Notes under the pieces: generated by a model
Database searches by the model: none
Told to the model about the DNA's origin: nothing
Seen by the model: only the letters and a program-made list of their open reading frames with translations
Shown here: piece by piece, positions 10,037 through 20,280 of the stretch
Layout of the letters: each line of letters begins with the position of its first letter
Position numbering within the stretch: the stretch's first letter is position 1
NCBI GenBank assembly: GCA_965206645.1
Contig: CBDBKE010000004.1
Coordinates: 832,001-896,000 of the forward strand
Length of the DNA stretch: 64,000 bases
Reading direction: 5' to 3'
From: Terriglobia bacterium
Lineage (GTDB): Bacteria; Acidobacteriota; Terriglobia; JAJPHL01; JAPKYU01
Program-made: the position numbers and the translations under genes

Positions 10037-10113
10037 TGGTGGGCCCGGCTGGATTCGAACCAGCGACCAACGGATTATGAGTCCGCCGCTCTAACCGGCT
10101 GAGCTACGGGCCC
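10037..10113 (-). tRNA. tRNA-Ile2 (CAT anticodon, lysidine type; Met not fully excluded)
   Basis: GGGCCCGTAGCTCAGCCGGTTAGAGCGGCGGACTCATAATCCGTTGGTCGCTGGTTCGAATCCAGCCGGGCCCACCA; GGGCCC acceptor stem typical of Ile2. Confidence 0.92.
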
Positions 10114-10567
10114 TCAATGACTTACAGATATCCCTTTTGCAAGTGTAGGGAAATCTGCAGGGGCTAGCAACGGTTTTGAGCCTCTGGCAGCCTGGAAGTT
10201 TATCTTTTCCAGCAGCTCGAAGGCCCGATGCAAGGTTTGAGGCGAAGAAGTGTACGTATCGCTGGGACACCGCAACTTGTCCCCAGCCCGCCGAGCACCG
10301 GCTAGGGATCACGGAAGCCAGGCGGACAAGGCCACGGTGACGGAGCCACGGGAGGTAAGCGCAGAGTGTAGTCGCGGCCGAAGCTGCCGACAGCACCAGT
10401 GCGGATGGCCGGTTGGACTCTAGCCGTGGGGCCAGGCGAAAGCCCAGCGGGGCAACTGGCCAGCTCACGACGTTGACTCGCCTCCCGACGGGGCGTAGGA
10501 TGGCCGGCGAGAGGTGGTGCTGCCTCTTCTTCCGATTTGTCGTACTAGATACTAGAAAAGGATTCAC

Positions 10568-11329
10568 ATGAAACCTGAGGAACTCCGTCACCAAATGAGG
10601 ACTTTGGGAAACCAGGAGCTTCGACTCCAAGGCACTGCTCTTGCGCTGGTCTTGGCCACGGGGGTAGCGTTGCTTATTGCAGCGCTGCCCCATTGGAGGG
10701 CGAGCTTGGGCCTCTACCGATGGAAAGAGTGGTATTTGCCTCTACTCTGCCTAGTCTGCATTGCTGGGAGCGTTCATTTCAGCCTGAATGCTCGCAAGAA
10801 GCGGAACCTCATCTTCGACGCCCGGAAGCAGCTGGCAGGCCAAGTGGGAGCTAAAGACCTTTCGCTGGTAGACCCATTGACAGGGCTCTTGAATCAGCAG
10901 TATCTGGATCAACGAGTCTCCAAGGAAATCCGATGGGTCGAGCGCATACCGGAAATAAGCCTAACGCTCGTGATGCTCGAATTGAATGGCTTTCGATCTC
11001 TGGGGCACTCTACAGGTGACCGGGTCCTTGAGGGGTTTGCCGAACTCCTCAAGAAAAACTTTCGCGGTTCGGACACCCTCATCCGCTACGGCAAGGATGA
11101 ATTCGTGGTGCTGATGCTTGGTGTTCGCGAGCAGAAGGCCCAAATGGTCGTCGAACGTTTGTATGAGATGGCCGATCGCTGGAACAGCGAGCACCCCATC
11201 AAGGGTTACAAACTGGCCTTTCATTGGGGACTTATAACGTACTCGAAGGGGGCGCAAATTGGGAACCTGCTAGAGACTGCACATCAACGCATGGGACAGC
11301 AAAAAGCCCAGCAAGGTTCCGCGAGCTGA
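10568..11329 (+). CDS. Membrane GGDEF-domain protein with a degenerate active site (GKDEF)
   Basis: Two TM segments, DPLTGLLN, GHSTGDRVL, RYGKDEF. Confidence 0.85.
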   Translation: MKPEELRHQMRTLGNQELRLQGTALALVLATGVALLIAALPHWRASLGLYRWKEWYLPLLCLVCIAGSVHFSLNARKKRNLIFDARKQLAGQVGAKDLSLVDPLTGLLNQQYLDQRVSKEIRWVERIPEISLTLVMLELNGFRSLGHSTGDRVLEGFAELLKKNFRGSDTLIRYGKDEFVVLMLGVREQKAQMVVERLYEMADRWNSEHPIKGYKLAFHWGLITYSKGAQIGNLLETAHQRMGQQKAQQGSAS

Positions 11330-11543
11330 ATTGACTAGGTTGCAGCTGTGTATGCTTTTTGGCCAAAGGGAAGCTCAAATGGGAAATTCGGGATGACCCC
11401 ACATTCGTGGTGCGCACATGGAGCAGGGCTTGCTCTGCAACTCCTCAATCCGATCGGAGGCAAGTGATCCTCGTACGGCCGTGCCGAAGTTCAGAGTGGC
11501 CTCTGAGATACAGTGGGATACCCGAATACGGACTCGTGGAGGA

Positions 11544-12674
11544 ATGATGAAACGAAACAGAGCAGCGGTTTTGGTTTTCCTGGTGCTCGCGGGATCGGTT
11601 CTCCTCTGCAATCCGCGACTTGCTGCGCCCGCGCCTTCCCCGAAGAAGGCCCGGAACCTGGTGCTGTTTGTGGGCGACGGCATGGGACTTTCCACCATTA
11701 ACACCGCCAGCATTTACGGACACCAGCGCAGCCGCGCGCTCTTCATCCAGTCGCTGCCCCACCTCGGCCTGTCGGACACTTCTTCGGCCGATTCGTGGGT
11801 GACCGACTCGGCCGCGGGGATGACGGCGCTGATGACCGGCAGTAAAACGCTGAATGGGGTCATCAGCCAGGGTCCGCAAGGCTTGGTGCGCGGAAAAAAA
11901 GACGGCCCGGTACTGAAAACGTTGCTGGAGTATGCCGAAGAGCGCGGCCTCTCAACCGGTCTGATGACCAACGACAGGATCACTGGTGCAACGCCCGCCG
12001 TCTGCTACGCGCACGTGAATGATCGCTCGAAAGAGACCGAGATCGCCCTGCAGTTGCTGGCGCCACGCTTCGGCGACGGCGTGGATGTGCTGGTGGGTGT
12101 GGGCCGTGACTCATTCCTGCCCCGAACCGCGGGCGGCAAGCGCAACGATGGGCGCGACCTGATCGCCGAAATGCGCACCCGCGGTTATCACTACGCGCGA
12201 ACGCCGGAAGAGTTCCTGGCGGTCCAGCCGAACAAGGACGGCAAGGTGCTGGCGCTGTTTGCCTGCCTGTACGAACCGGAGGCAGCGGTGGAAAAGGCGA
12301 TTTTCCTTCTCTCCCGAAATCCCCGCGGCTACTTCCTGATGGTGGAATGGAACAGCCACCAGAACAGCGCCCGTGAGACGCTGGACAACACGCTGCGCCT
12401 GGACCGCAGTGCCCGGCGAGCCCGGGCCCTAACCGATCCCCGTCAGACGCTGCTGGTGGTGACCGCTGACCATTCCTACGACCTGCGCCTGACGGAGGCC
12501 AAAATCGGCGACGACGTCTTGTCGCACGTCCAGATCACCGGAGGCCGCCATACCGCTGAAGAAGTGATGGTGGCCGCCGACGGCCCCGGGGCCGAGCGGA
12601 TCCGCGGCTTCCTCTCCAATACTGACGTGTTCCATGTGATGAAGGCCGCGCTAGGCTTCCCTCCCGCGCGGTAA
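11544..12674 (+). CDS. Alkaline phosphatase family protein
   Basis: Signal peptide, LFVGDGMG, VTDSAA, ATPA, TADHS. Confidence 0.9.
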   Translation: MMKRNRAAVLVFLVLAGSVLLCNPRLAAPAPSPKKARNLVLFVGDGMGLSTINTASIYGHQRSRALFIQSLPHLGLSDTSSADSWVTDSAAGMTALMTGSKTLNGVISQGPQGLVRGKKDGPVLKTLLEYAEERGLSTGLMTNDRITGATPAVCYAHVNDRSKETEIALQLLAPRFGDGVDVLVGVGRDSFLPRTAGGKRNDGRDLIAEMRTRGYHYARTPEEFLAVQPNKDGKVLALFACLYEPEAAVEKAIFLLSRNPRGYFLMVEWNSHQNSARETLDNTLRLDRSARRARALTDPRQTLLVVTADHSYDLRLTEAKIGDDVLSHVQITGGRHTAEEVMVAADGPGAERIRGFLSNTDVFHVMKAALGFPPAR

Positions 12675-12742
12675 TCCCGGGAGGCTGCGAGCACCTACAG
12701 TTACCAGAAAAACAGAAATGTCAGCGCGAGTAAGCCCCTCGG

Positions 12743-12771
12743 TTGACTTGCTCGCAGGAGCGGCCTAAGAT
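12743..12771 (+). promoter_or_regulatory. Sigma70-type promoter
   Basis: TTGACT-N17-TAAGAT, about 90 bp upstream of the ATG at 12861. Confidence 0.5.
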
Positions 12772-12860
12772 GCGCACTCGCGGGTTTCGTATTTCGAAAG
12801 AATTTTCCGACCCTTTTACTGTGTCGAAGACCACACGAAATAAGAAAGCAGTGAGTCTCA

Positions 12861-14561
12861 ATGACTAAGTATGCAAAGCACTGTTCGATTCTCATCCTTG
12901 TTGGTTTGGTGTCGTCCGTCTTCGTGGAAGCGGAGGACCTCTACAATGGGATAAAGCTTCCCAAGGATTGGCCACCGAACTACGGCACCCTCACTCGTGA
13001 ACCAATGCGCGTACCGTATCTTGAGTCCCCGCCGGAAGTCGTTCCCATAGACGTTGGCCGCCAACTCTTCGTGGACGATTTCCTCATCGAACAGACCACG
13101 CTCAAACGGACGTTTCACCTCCCCGAGTACCATCCCGAAAACCCTGTCGTGACTTATGACAGACCGTGGGAACAGAAGGGAAGACCTCCCTTCGAGCCGA
13201 TTTACAGCGACCAGCCGGAGGAACAGAAGCACACAGTTCCCTTCGCGGCGGTTTACAGCGGCGGTGTTTGGCATGATCCCGCAGACGGGCTCTTCAAGAT
13301 GTGGTACACCGGCGGATACCTGAGGACCACTAGCTACGCCACGAGCAAGGACGGGATCCACTGGGACAAACCTGCGCTCAATGTCGAAGAGGGTACCAAC
13401 ATTACGTTAACGCACAACCGGGATTCGAGCACGGTCTGGTTGGACCACGAGGAAAAGGACTCCAGCTGCCGATACAAGATGTTCGCCACGGCAAGCCAGA
13501 AAGGATGGCGGCTAACGCTGCGCTGTTCGCCGGACGGGATCCACTGGTCCGAGCCCTTGGCGACCTCCCCGAAAATCGGTGACAGGACAACCGTCTTCTA
13601 CAACCCCTTCCGCAAGGTGTGGGTCTACAGTCTGCGGATCAACTACCCAGGCATGGGACGGTCACGCGCCTACCGAGAGCACTCAAATCCGATTGCGGGA
13701 TTGAGTTGGAAAGACGAGGACCAGGTCCTCTGGGTGGGCGCCGACAGGCTTGATCCGCACCATCCCAAGTTCCCCAAGATCGAGCCACAGCTCTACAACC
13801 TGGACGCTGTTGCTTATGAAAGCCTGATTGTCGGCCTGTTTACTGTTCATCAGGGGCCGCCCAACCGGGAATGTGCTCGGCTCAAGATCCAAAAACGAAA
13901 CGAGGTCTTGCTGGGGTACAGCCGCGACGGGTTTCACTGGTATCGCCCGGACCGCCGGCGTTTCTTGGGAGTCACGGAGAAAGACGGCGATTGGAACTGG
14001 GGCAACGTGCAGTCCGCTGGAGGCGGTTGCTTGGTGGTCGGAGACAAGCTCTATTTCTACGTCAGCGGCCGTAACCGGTCGCCGGAGTTTTGGGACGGAA
14101 GGGCCAGTACCGGTCTGGCTATGCTACGGCGTGACGGCTTTGCGTCAATGGACGCAGGCAAGGCTCCAGGTGTGCTGACCACAAGACCTGTACGCTTCAC
14201 GGGCAAGTATCTGTTCGTCAACGCCGATGCTGACGGCGGAGAACTGCGTGTCGAGGTCCTTGGCGCAGATGGCAAAGTTATCGAGCCGCTTACCCGCCAA
14301 AACTGCGTAGCCGTGACGGCCGACAAGACGCTTCAGCGCGTTACTTGGAAAGGGGTCAAGGACCTGTCTACCGTGGCGGGCACACCAGTGCGGTTCCGTT
14401 TTCACCTGAGGAATGGTCGTCTGTACGCCTTCTGGGTCAGTCCCGAAAAGAACGGAGCCAGCCGGGGCTACGTTGCAGCAGGAGGACCAGGCTTCACTGG
14501 TCCGACAGACACTGTCGGCTCAGCAGCCTGCCGGGTCGTAGAGAAAGATGCGAAGAGATGA
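12861..14561 (+). CDS. Secreted beta-propeller glycoside hydrolase-like protein (GH32-like)
   Basis: Signal peptide, RQLFVDD, repeated SxDGxHW Asp-box-like motifs, LRRDGFAS. Confidence 0.75.
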   Translation: MTKYAKHCSILILVGLVSSVFVEAEDLYNGIKLPKDWPPNYGTLTREPMRVPYLESPPEVVPIDVGRQLFVDDFLIEQTTLKRTFHLPEYHPENPVVTYDRPWEQKGRPPFEPIYSDQPEEQKHTVPFAAVYSGGVWHDPADGLFKMWYTGGYLRTTSYATSKDGIHWDKPALNVEEGTNITLTHNRDSSTVWLDHEEKDSSCRYKMFATASQKGWRLTLRCSPDGIHWSEPLATSPKIGDRTTVFYNPFRKVWVYSLRINYPGMGRSRAYREHSNPIAGLSWKDEDQVLWVGADRLDPHHPKFPKIEPQLYNLDAVAYESLIVGLFTVHQGPPNRECARLKIQKRNEVLLGYSRDGFHWYRPDRRRFLGVTEKDGDWNWGNVQSAGGGCLVVGDKLYFYVSGRNRSPEFWDGRASTGLAMLRRDGFASMDAGKAPGVLTTRPVRFTGKYLFVNADADGGELRVEVLGADGKVIEPLTRQNCVAVTADKTLQRVTWKGVKDLSTVAGTPVRFRFHLRNGRLYAFWVSPEKNGASRGYVAAGGPGFTGPTDTVGSAACRVVEKDAKR

Positions 14562-14612
14562 CGCGACCCGTCGCCCTCGTCACAAATGTCAGCGTATTGA
14601 TGAAACGAGACA

Positions 14613-17152
14613 CTAAGGTGTGATGTTCCGTGCCGGCGCGAAACGAATCTTTTTCTTCAGGAGGGCTTTCTCCCGGCGCATGTGTTCACGCCGATAAACG
14701 AGATAGTTGCCGAGATTGGCCCCTAGCCAGCCCGACGGTGGTCCAATGGGGCCGCTGAACTCGTCTTCGAAGATCACCTTGCCATCCAGACCGGTCACAC
14801 GGAAGTTATCGTATCTCTGGGGCGTCGCCTCATTGTGGAGCAATCCCACTGCACCCGCGAGATTGCGTCGTCTTGTAACCAAAGGGTCGATGGAGTCGCC
14901 GTCCTGAGCCCCTTGCAAGTCTTCCACCAGTCCTGACCAGCGCGCGTCACCAACGGATTGGCTCACGCTAAAAGTTTTGGCGCCGTCGGAAACCGTAAAG
15001 CTGGCTTGCGATCCCTCCACTCGCGCACTCAGATGGATGTTCGGGCCGAGATCAGCGATTTTCCTCACTTTCGGGGGAGTGCCCCGCACACCCGCATACC
15101 ATTCGTACAGGCCGATCGTGTTCCGGTTTCGGTTATAGTGCGCCTGCAGGAAGTCCATTTTGCCGGTGAATCGAAGTAGGATGCTGGCGTCCGTATCGTT
15201 CTTCGCCTCCACGCTGACCTGAACATCCCGCGCCTCCACGTTCGCTGCGGTCAGTTTCAAGCTGCCCGCCACGACCAGCGCTCCATCCGAGATCGTCGCT
15301 GAAGCTTTCCCGGCGCGTGGCGAAATATCCACCACCGTGTTGCCCCGCATCCGAATCGTATAGGTGGTTCCCCACGCTCCATTTGTCCGCCGGAAGGTTT
15401 GCTCCACCATGGGAAACTCCACCACGATTTCCATTCCGGGCTCCACCGGCGCGAAAACCAGATAGTTGTTGAGCCATTCCGCTTTCACCACCTGGGCAGC
15501 GACTCGGCAAACAACCTCTCCCTTGCTGACCCAGTTCGGAATGCGGATGTAGATCCGGCGAGCGGACTTGTTCCGAATAACCACCTTCCCCTGATAGGGC
15601 AGGTAGATGTCCAGATCCAACTGCCGGGAGGCTCGATTGAGCAACAAGTTGATCTGAGCCGTTCCCTTGCCCTTGTCCTGCACGATCCCCTGCCACACAT
15701 GATAGAGAGTCTGGGATCCGTTGTGGTTACAGCAGTAATAGTTACTAGGAGCTGGCACCTGGGTCACCAGACCATTGACGGCAAAGCTCCCCACACTCCG
15801 CTCGATCGCCCGATCATCGGTCTCCATGGGGAAGTTGGCTTGGTGCGGTGGAGCCGCCGCGGAAATCTTCTCCAGCTGCTCGCGGTCGACAAACTGCGAC
15901 TCCACTAAAAAGTTGCGCGCAGCCCGTTCCACATCCTCCCAGTAGTCCCCCACTCCCGCCTCCGACAGCCTCACCGCCAACATGATCGGACGCCCCGCCG
16001 AACATGTCTCATACCACGGCGTCCCAATTCCCGTCGGAAACCACCCGATCTCCGGGATGCCGAAGTTCCGGGTATACTCGTAACCCTGGCGCACGAACTG
16101 TTTCAGCTCGGTGGCATTGGTCACCAGCGCATACTCCAGCAGCCCCTGATGCGCAATCAAACGCGAGGTCAGGTGCGAGGAATAGTGTCCCCGTTCCTCA
16201 CTCGCGATGCTGGGGTCCTCGATCTCCGGTGCCCAAAACTCCCGCCTCCGCAGCGTATTGGCCAGCCGGTGGGCCAACCGAAGCGCCTCCTGGTCTCCGG
16301 TCAATCTCACATAGGTGGCGATCGCCCGAAGATAACTGCCATGGGTGAACGAGTCGTCGACATCGTAGACCAGTTGCGGCAGAGAGGCCGGATAGCCCGA
16401 TTTGGAATAGTGCAACCAAACAAGGGAGGCAGATAAGCTCGGTCGGGGCCGGCGTCGCGGACGAGCACATCGCGAATGGTCCGGTAAATCTTGCCGGCCT
16501 GTTCGAGCCACAGAGGATTCCCGTCATATTGATACCAGTAGAGCATGCCCTGCAGCAGCCGAGGGATCACAGGAAGATGAGCTACCTCGGCGGACTTGGG
16601 ATCCATCCAAGGCCGACTCCTCGCCGGCGGCGAATAAAGCAGACCGTCCTCCCGGCTCATGGCCATAATCCGCAACATCATCTTCTGCTCAATCTCTAAG
16701 CCTTGCTCGCTCCCGCTCATCAAGCGCATTTGGGGCAGCGCCTCGACCAGCTTCATTTGCTCCACGTATCCCCCTGCCCCACCGTGGGTCATGCAGGCTG
16801 GCTTGGCGGCAAAATGGGTGCCCCGGTACATTTCATAACCTTGCGCCGGATCGAGCATTCCTGTCAGCGCGTTGAGCGCCAGCGCACCCCGATCCGCCAG
16901 ATCCAATGTCTCCGGAAGCAGGGCTTCGTAGTAGTCCCCTAGCGGCGCCTTGATCACCATCCGCTCTGCAATCGCCTGCTCGTTCGCTTGCATTTTCTGT
17001 TCCCAGGCGGCCAATCTGGTCTTTCCAACGGCGTCTTCCTGAGGATCCTGACTCCAAGCCACCCAACCGCAGGCTAGAACGAAGACACTCGCTCCGAGGA
17101 GCAAGCGCGCCCCCTGTTTGCATCCTCCGACACGAGGGATCATGTTTTTCAC
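14613..17152 (-). pseudogene. Frameshifted secreted glycoside hydrolase-like protein (GH127/146-like barrel plus lectin-like insert)
   Basis: ORFs 16307-17152 and 14613-16511 join by a frame change near 16410-16430; ETCS, YWEDVER..RN, CCNHNG, INLLLNRAS motifs. Confidence 0.65.
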
Positions 17153-17219
17153 TTTGTCTCTCCCCTTCGGGAGGATTATTTAAGGGAAAATTCTTTGACC
17201 ATCAAGGAAAGATCCTCAA

Positions 17220-18410
17220 TTAGGGGAGAGCCAGCGTATCCTTCCCGTCGGTCAACCTGTCGAGCCCGTCGGTCAACCAGTCGAGCGTGAACCGCGCAAA
17301 AGTGATTCTTTCGTAGGGTTGTTGGGCACCGCGCTCGTAAAGACAGGCGATCGACCCATCCGACAACACGGCCAGATTCGAGTAGGCTGAGGGACCCTCG
17401 TGGAGCAGCTTCGAGATCGGCCATGTTTTGCCGTCATCGTAGCTGAGACGCACGGTCACATGGTCGCGAGTCATGCTGGCGGGATTGGAAAACAAGATTC
17501 GACTCTTCCCGTTTTGATCCGCCCAAGTATAACGAAGAATACTGGCCTGGCAGACGGCTTCGACCAGTGTTGCATCATCGCTGCTCGCCGACCAACTGAG
17601 GCCGCCATCTTTGCTGATGGCAACCGCTCGGCGATTCTTTCCACGATAGCTTCGCATGTTTAACATCAAGGCACCGTCGACCAGCTCGACGATTGTGCTT
17701 TCGTTCATCGCGTAATCGGTGCCCTGCCCAGGTTTCCACGTCTTGCCGTGATCATCGGAATAAATGACATGAGAGCGTCCCTTCGTCTCCATGTCCTTAT
17801 GCCATGCGCCCACGATGTGATCACAGGGAATCACAAGACGGCCCTTGTTCGGTCCGGAGCGCAACTGGATTCCGCTCCCCGGTCCGGTCGCATACCAGCC
17901 CCAGTCCGGTTTCTTCACATCCTGGGTGATGCGCCTCGGTTCAACCCATGTCTTCCCATCGTCTTGGCTTTGGGTGATAAAGACGTCCCTGTTATTGCGG
18001 CAGAACGCCAACCAGACAATGCCGTTGTCCCGGTCGACCACTGGAGCGGGGTTTCCAATCGTGATGTTTTCGCTGCCACCTTCGGCGTAAACGGCCTGTT
18101 GTCTACTCCAACTGCGACCCGCATCCGTGGATCGCTTGAGAACCAGATCGATATCGCCGTGATCCGTGGGGCCGGGTTTTCGCCGTTCGGCTTCGGAGAA
18201 AGCCAGAAGCGTGCCTCGGTTGGTGACGACCAGCGCCGGGATGCGATAGGAAAGGTAGCCGTCGGCACCACTGACGAAAACGTCTGTCTGCTTCAGCGGT
18301 TGCGCTTTGTCCGCACCCGACAGCAGCCAGACAGTTAGTAGGCAAGCGGCGGGAAACAGCGCATGAGGGGGCCTCAAGCGTCCAACGCTCCCATGCAATC
18401 GCTTTTCCAC
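17220..18410 (-). CDS. Sialidase family (BNR repeat) protein
   Basis: YRIP motif, several SxDxGxTW Asp boxes, SAYS, LYERG. Confidence 0.9.
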   Translation of the reverse strand: MEKRLHGSVGRLRPPHALFPAACLLTVWLLSGADKAQPLKQTDVFVSGADGYLSYRIPALVVTNRGTLLAFSEAERRKPGPTDHGDIDLVLKRSTDAGRSWSRQQAVYAEGGSENITIGNPAPVVDRDNGIVWLAFCRNNRDVFITQSQDDGKTWVEPRRITQDVKKPDWGWYATGPGSGIQLRSGPNKGRLVIPCDHIVGAWHKDMETKGRSHVIYSDDHGKTWKPGQGTDYAMNESTIVELVDGALMLNMRSYRGKNRRAVAISKDGGLSWSASSDDATLVEAVCQASILRYTWADQNGKSRILFSNPASMTRDHVTVRLSYDDGKTWPISKLLHEGPSAYSNLAVLSDGSIACLYERGAQQPYERITFARFTLDWLTDGLDRLTDGKDTLALP

Positions 18411-18667
18411 GCCTCCGACTCCAATCGATGCCCCCTAGAATCGGATTCCCGATTTCAACTCTGGTTCAACCGAAAAGCACAAAGCCGCCCATTTTTGCGC
18501 GTAAATCCAGGCGGCCACAAGCCCTTAGGACCCTTCGTGGGATTTTTCTAAATCTCCGCGACCCAACACATAAGTCGGTGGAACGAGTTTCGTCTACATA
18601 TGGGCCAGCACTCTGGCAGACGGAAGATCGAGGAGCCCATCGAAGTGAACACCGTGCGAGGCTTCCT

Positions 18668-18778
18668 TCACAAGGCATTCGCCGTCATGCCGCAGATGGA
18701 TTCGCCGTCTCCGGTGGTGATCAGCGTCGCGTCGGTCGCAAAGCATCCCATGATCCGACGCTGCGCCATCGTATCCAT
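18668..18778 (-). pseudogene. Flavin reductase N-terminal remnant
   Basis: MDTMAQRRIMGCFATDATLITTGDGESICGMTANAL* resembles the FRxxMGxFATGVTVVT...GMTAN start of flavin reductases; directly follows the monooxygenase. Confidence 0.7.
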
Positions 18779-18798
18779 AGCCACGATAGCCTCGGTCC

Positions 18799-19875
18799 TC
18801 AGAGTGCGGGAAGCGCCGGCACCACCTGTTTGGCCAGCAGGTCCATCGAGCGCAGCCACTTCGGCTTATCATCCCAGTCGTGGGCGATCATCAGCAGGGT
18901 ACCGAAGCCGCCGGTCTGTTCCCACACCTGCTGGAGCTGGCGGATGCAACTGTCTGGACTGCCGATGACGCACAGATTTTTCAGCGCATACTCCGCAGTG
19001 ACCTCGCAGTCCGGCATGTCCGGATCGCTCTTGAAGACGTTCAGCATGTTGGCAGACTTCAGCAGCTGGATCAGGTAGGCGAACGAACGAGCAAAGGTGC
19101 CGGTCCGGGCATGCTCCCAGGCTTCCTGGTCCGTCTCGGCCACGTAGATGCTGCGCGCCACATGCCAAAGGGAGCGGCTGGGCGCTGGACGGCCCGCTTG
19201 CTCCGCTCCAGCGCAGTAGACCCTCCAGTGACTGGTCAACGTGGAAACGGGCACCATGTTCGTGCTGAGCATCATGTAGCCCCGGCACCCAGCCGTCTGA
19301 GCCGCCATGGACTGACCCTTGATCACACTCATCGCGATAGGCGGGTGCGGCTTCTGATAGGGTTTCAACAGGGTGCCGGTGTCCAGTTCACGGTTGGGGT
19401 TCTCTATCCGGATGCGCCAGAATTGGCCACGGAAATCAAAAGGGGCTTCGGCCCGCCACAAATTCAGAACCATATCGATGCCTTCCAAGGTCATGAGCCC
19501 CTGCGTCTTGGGGTCCGGCAGGTTGAACAGCTCGTGATCGGTCGGTACGCCGCCCTGTCCGAAAGCACAATTCAGCCGTCCCCGCGACAAGTGGTCCAAC
19601 AAAGCGAGCCGGACGGCTACGTTTGCGGGATGATGCTGGGGGACGATGGTCACCCCGGGACCAAGCCGAATGTTCTTGGTCCGGGGCAGCACGTTGGCGA
19701 TGAACACGTCACTGGAGGGAATTGGCTCCCAGGCCAGCGTGTGGTGCTGCCCAATCCAGGCCTCGGAGAATCCCAGCTCGTCGGCGCGAACTACTAGCTC
19801 GATATCTTCCTCGAAGCATAGCGTGCGCTGCTTCTCCGGTGGATGCAATGGCATCATGAAGACGCCGAGCTTCAT
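18799..19875 (-). CDS. Luciferase-like (LLM class) flavin-dependent monooxygenase
   Basis: MKLGVFMMPLHPP, ADELGFSEAWIGQHH, LDHLSRGR. Confidence 0.9.
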   Translation of the reverse strand: MKLGVFMMPLHPPEKQRTLCFEEDIELVVRADELGFSEAWIGQHHTLAWEPIPSSDVFIANVLPRTKNIRLGPGVTIVPQHHPANVAVRLALLDHLSRGRLNCAFGQGGVPTDHELFNLPDPKTQGLMTLEGIDMVLNLWRAEAPFDFRGQFWRIRIENPNRELDTGTLLKPYQKPHPPIAMSVIKGQSMAAQTAGCRGYMMLSTNMVPVSTLTSHWRVYCAGAEQAGRPAPSRSLWHVARSIYVAETDQEAWEHARTGTFARSFAYLIQLLKSANMLNVFKSDPDMPDCEVTAEYALKNLCVIGSPDSCIRQLQQVWEQTGGFGTLLMIAHDWDDKPKWLRSMDLLAKQVVPALPAL

Positions 19876-20280
19876 CGAGCCTCTCCTCTCAGGCGCTCCG
19901 CGGTTCCGAGCAGTCGCGGAAGCGATTCATCATCGCACACCACTTCTGGTTCTTGTAACTTCAAATGCCGCTGGCGGGGGGAAGGGACTGTCACGATCGG
20001 CTACCCGCGATTCGTCTTTCCACATGGTAGGATGCTACGAGGTCGGTGCCAACGAGCAGCAACGGTCAGACGTGTGGCTTCCGGGGCGTCTGAGCACACG
20101 TTGGGCTTACAACATTCTCTTGCAGGTGATCGCACCTGTCCACCTCTAGCGCCTCCAAGACTCGAGATGATCAATCACTCGAAGGGGTCCTCGTGAGTTT
20201 CCCTATGCTGGCTAAAAGGTTGAGCACTGACAAAAAGGATGATCGCGTCGGATTCTGAGCGCTTCAAAAGGACTGGCTTC

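Larger units (their letters stand above)
604..10113. mobile_element. Decayed integrative element (genomic island) inserted in tRNA-Ile2
   Basis: Bounded by the tRNA and its partial repeat; tyrosine integrase next to the tRNA 3' end; excisionase-like HTH gene; IS insertions inside. Confidence 0.8.
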
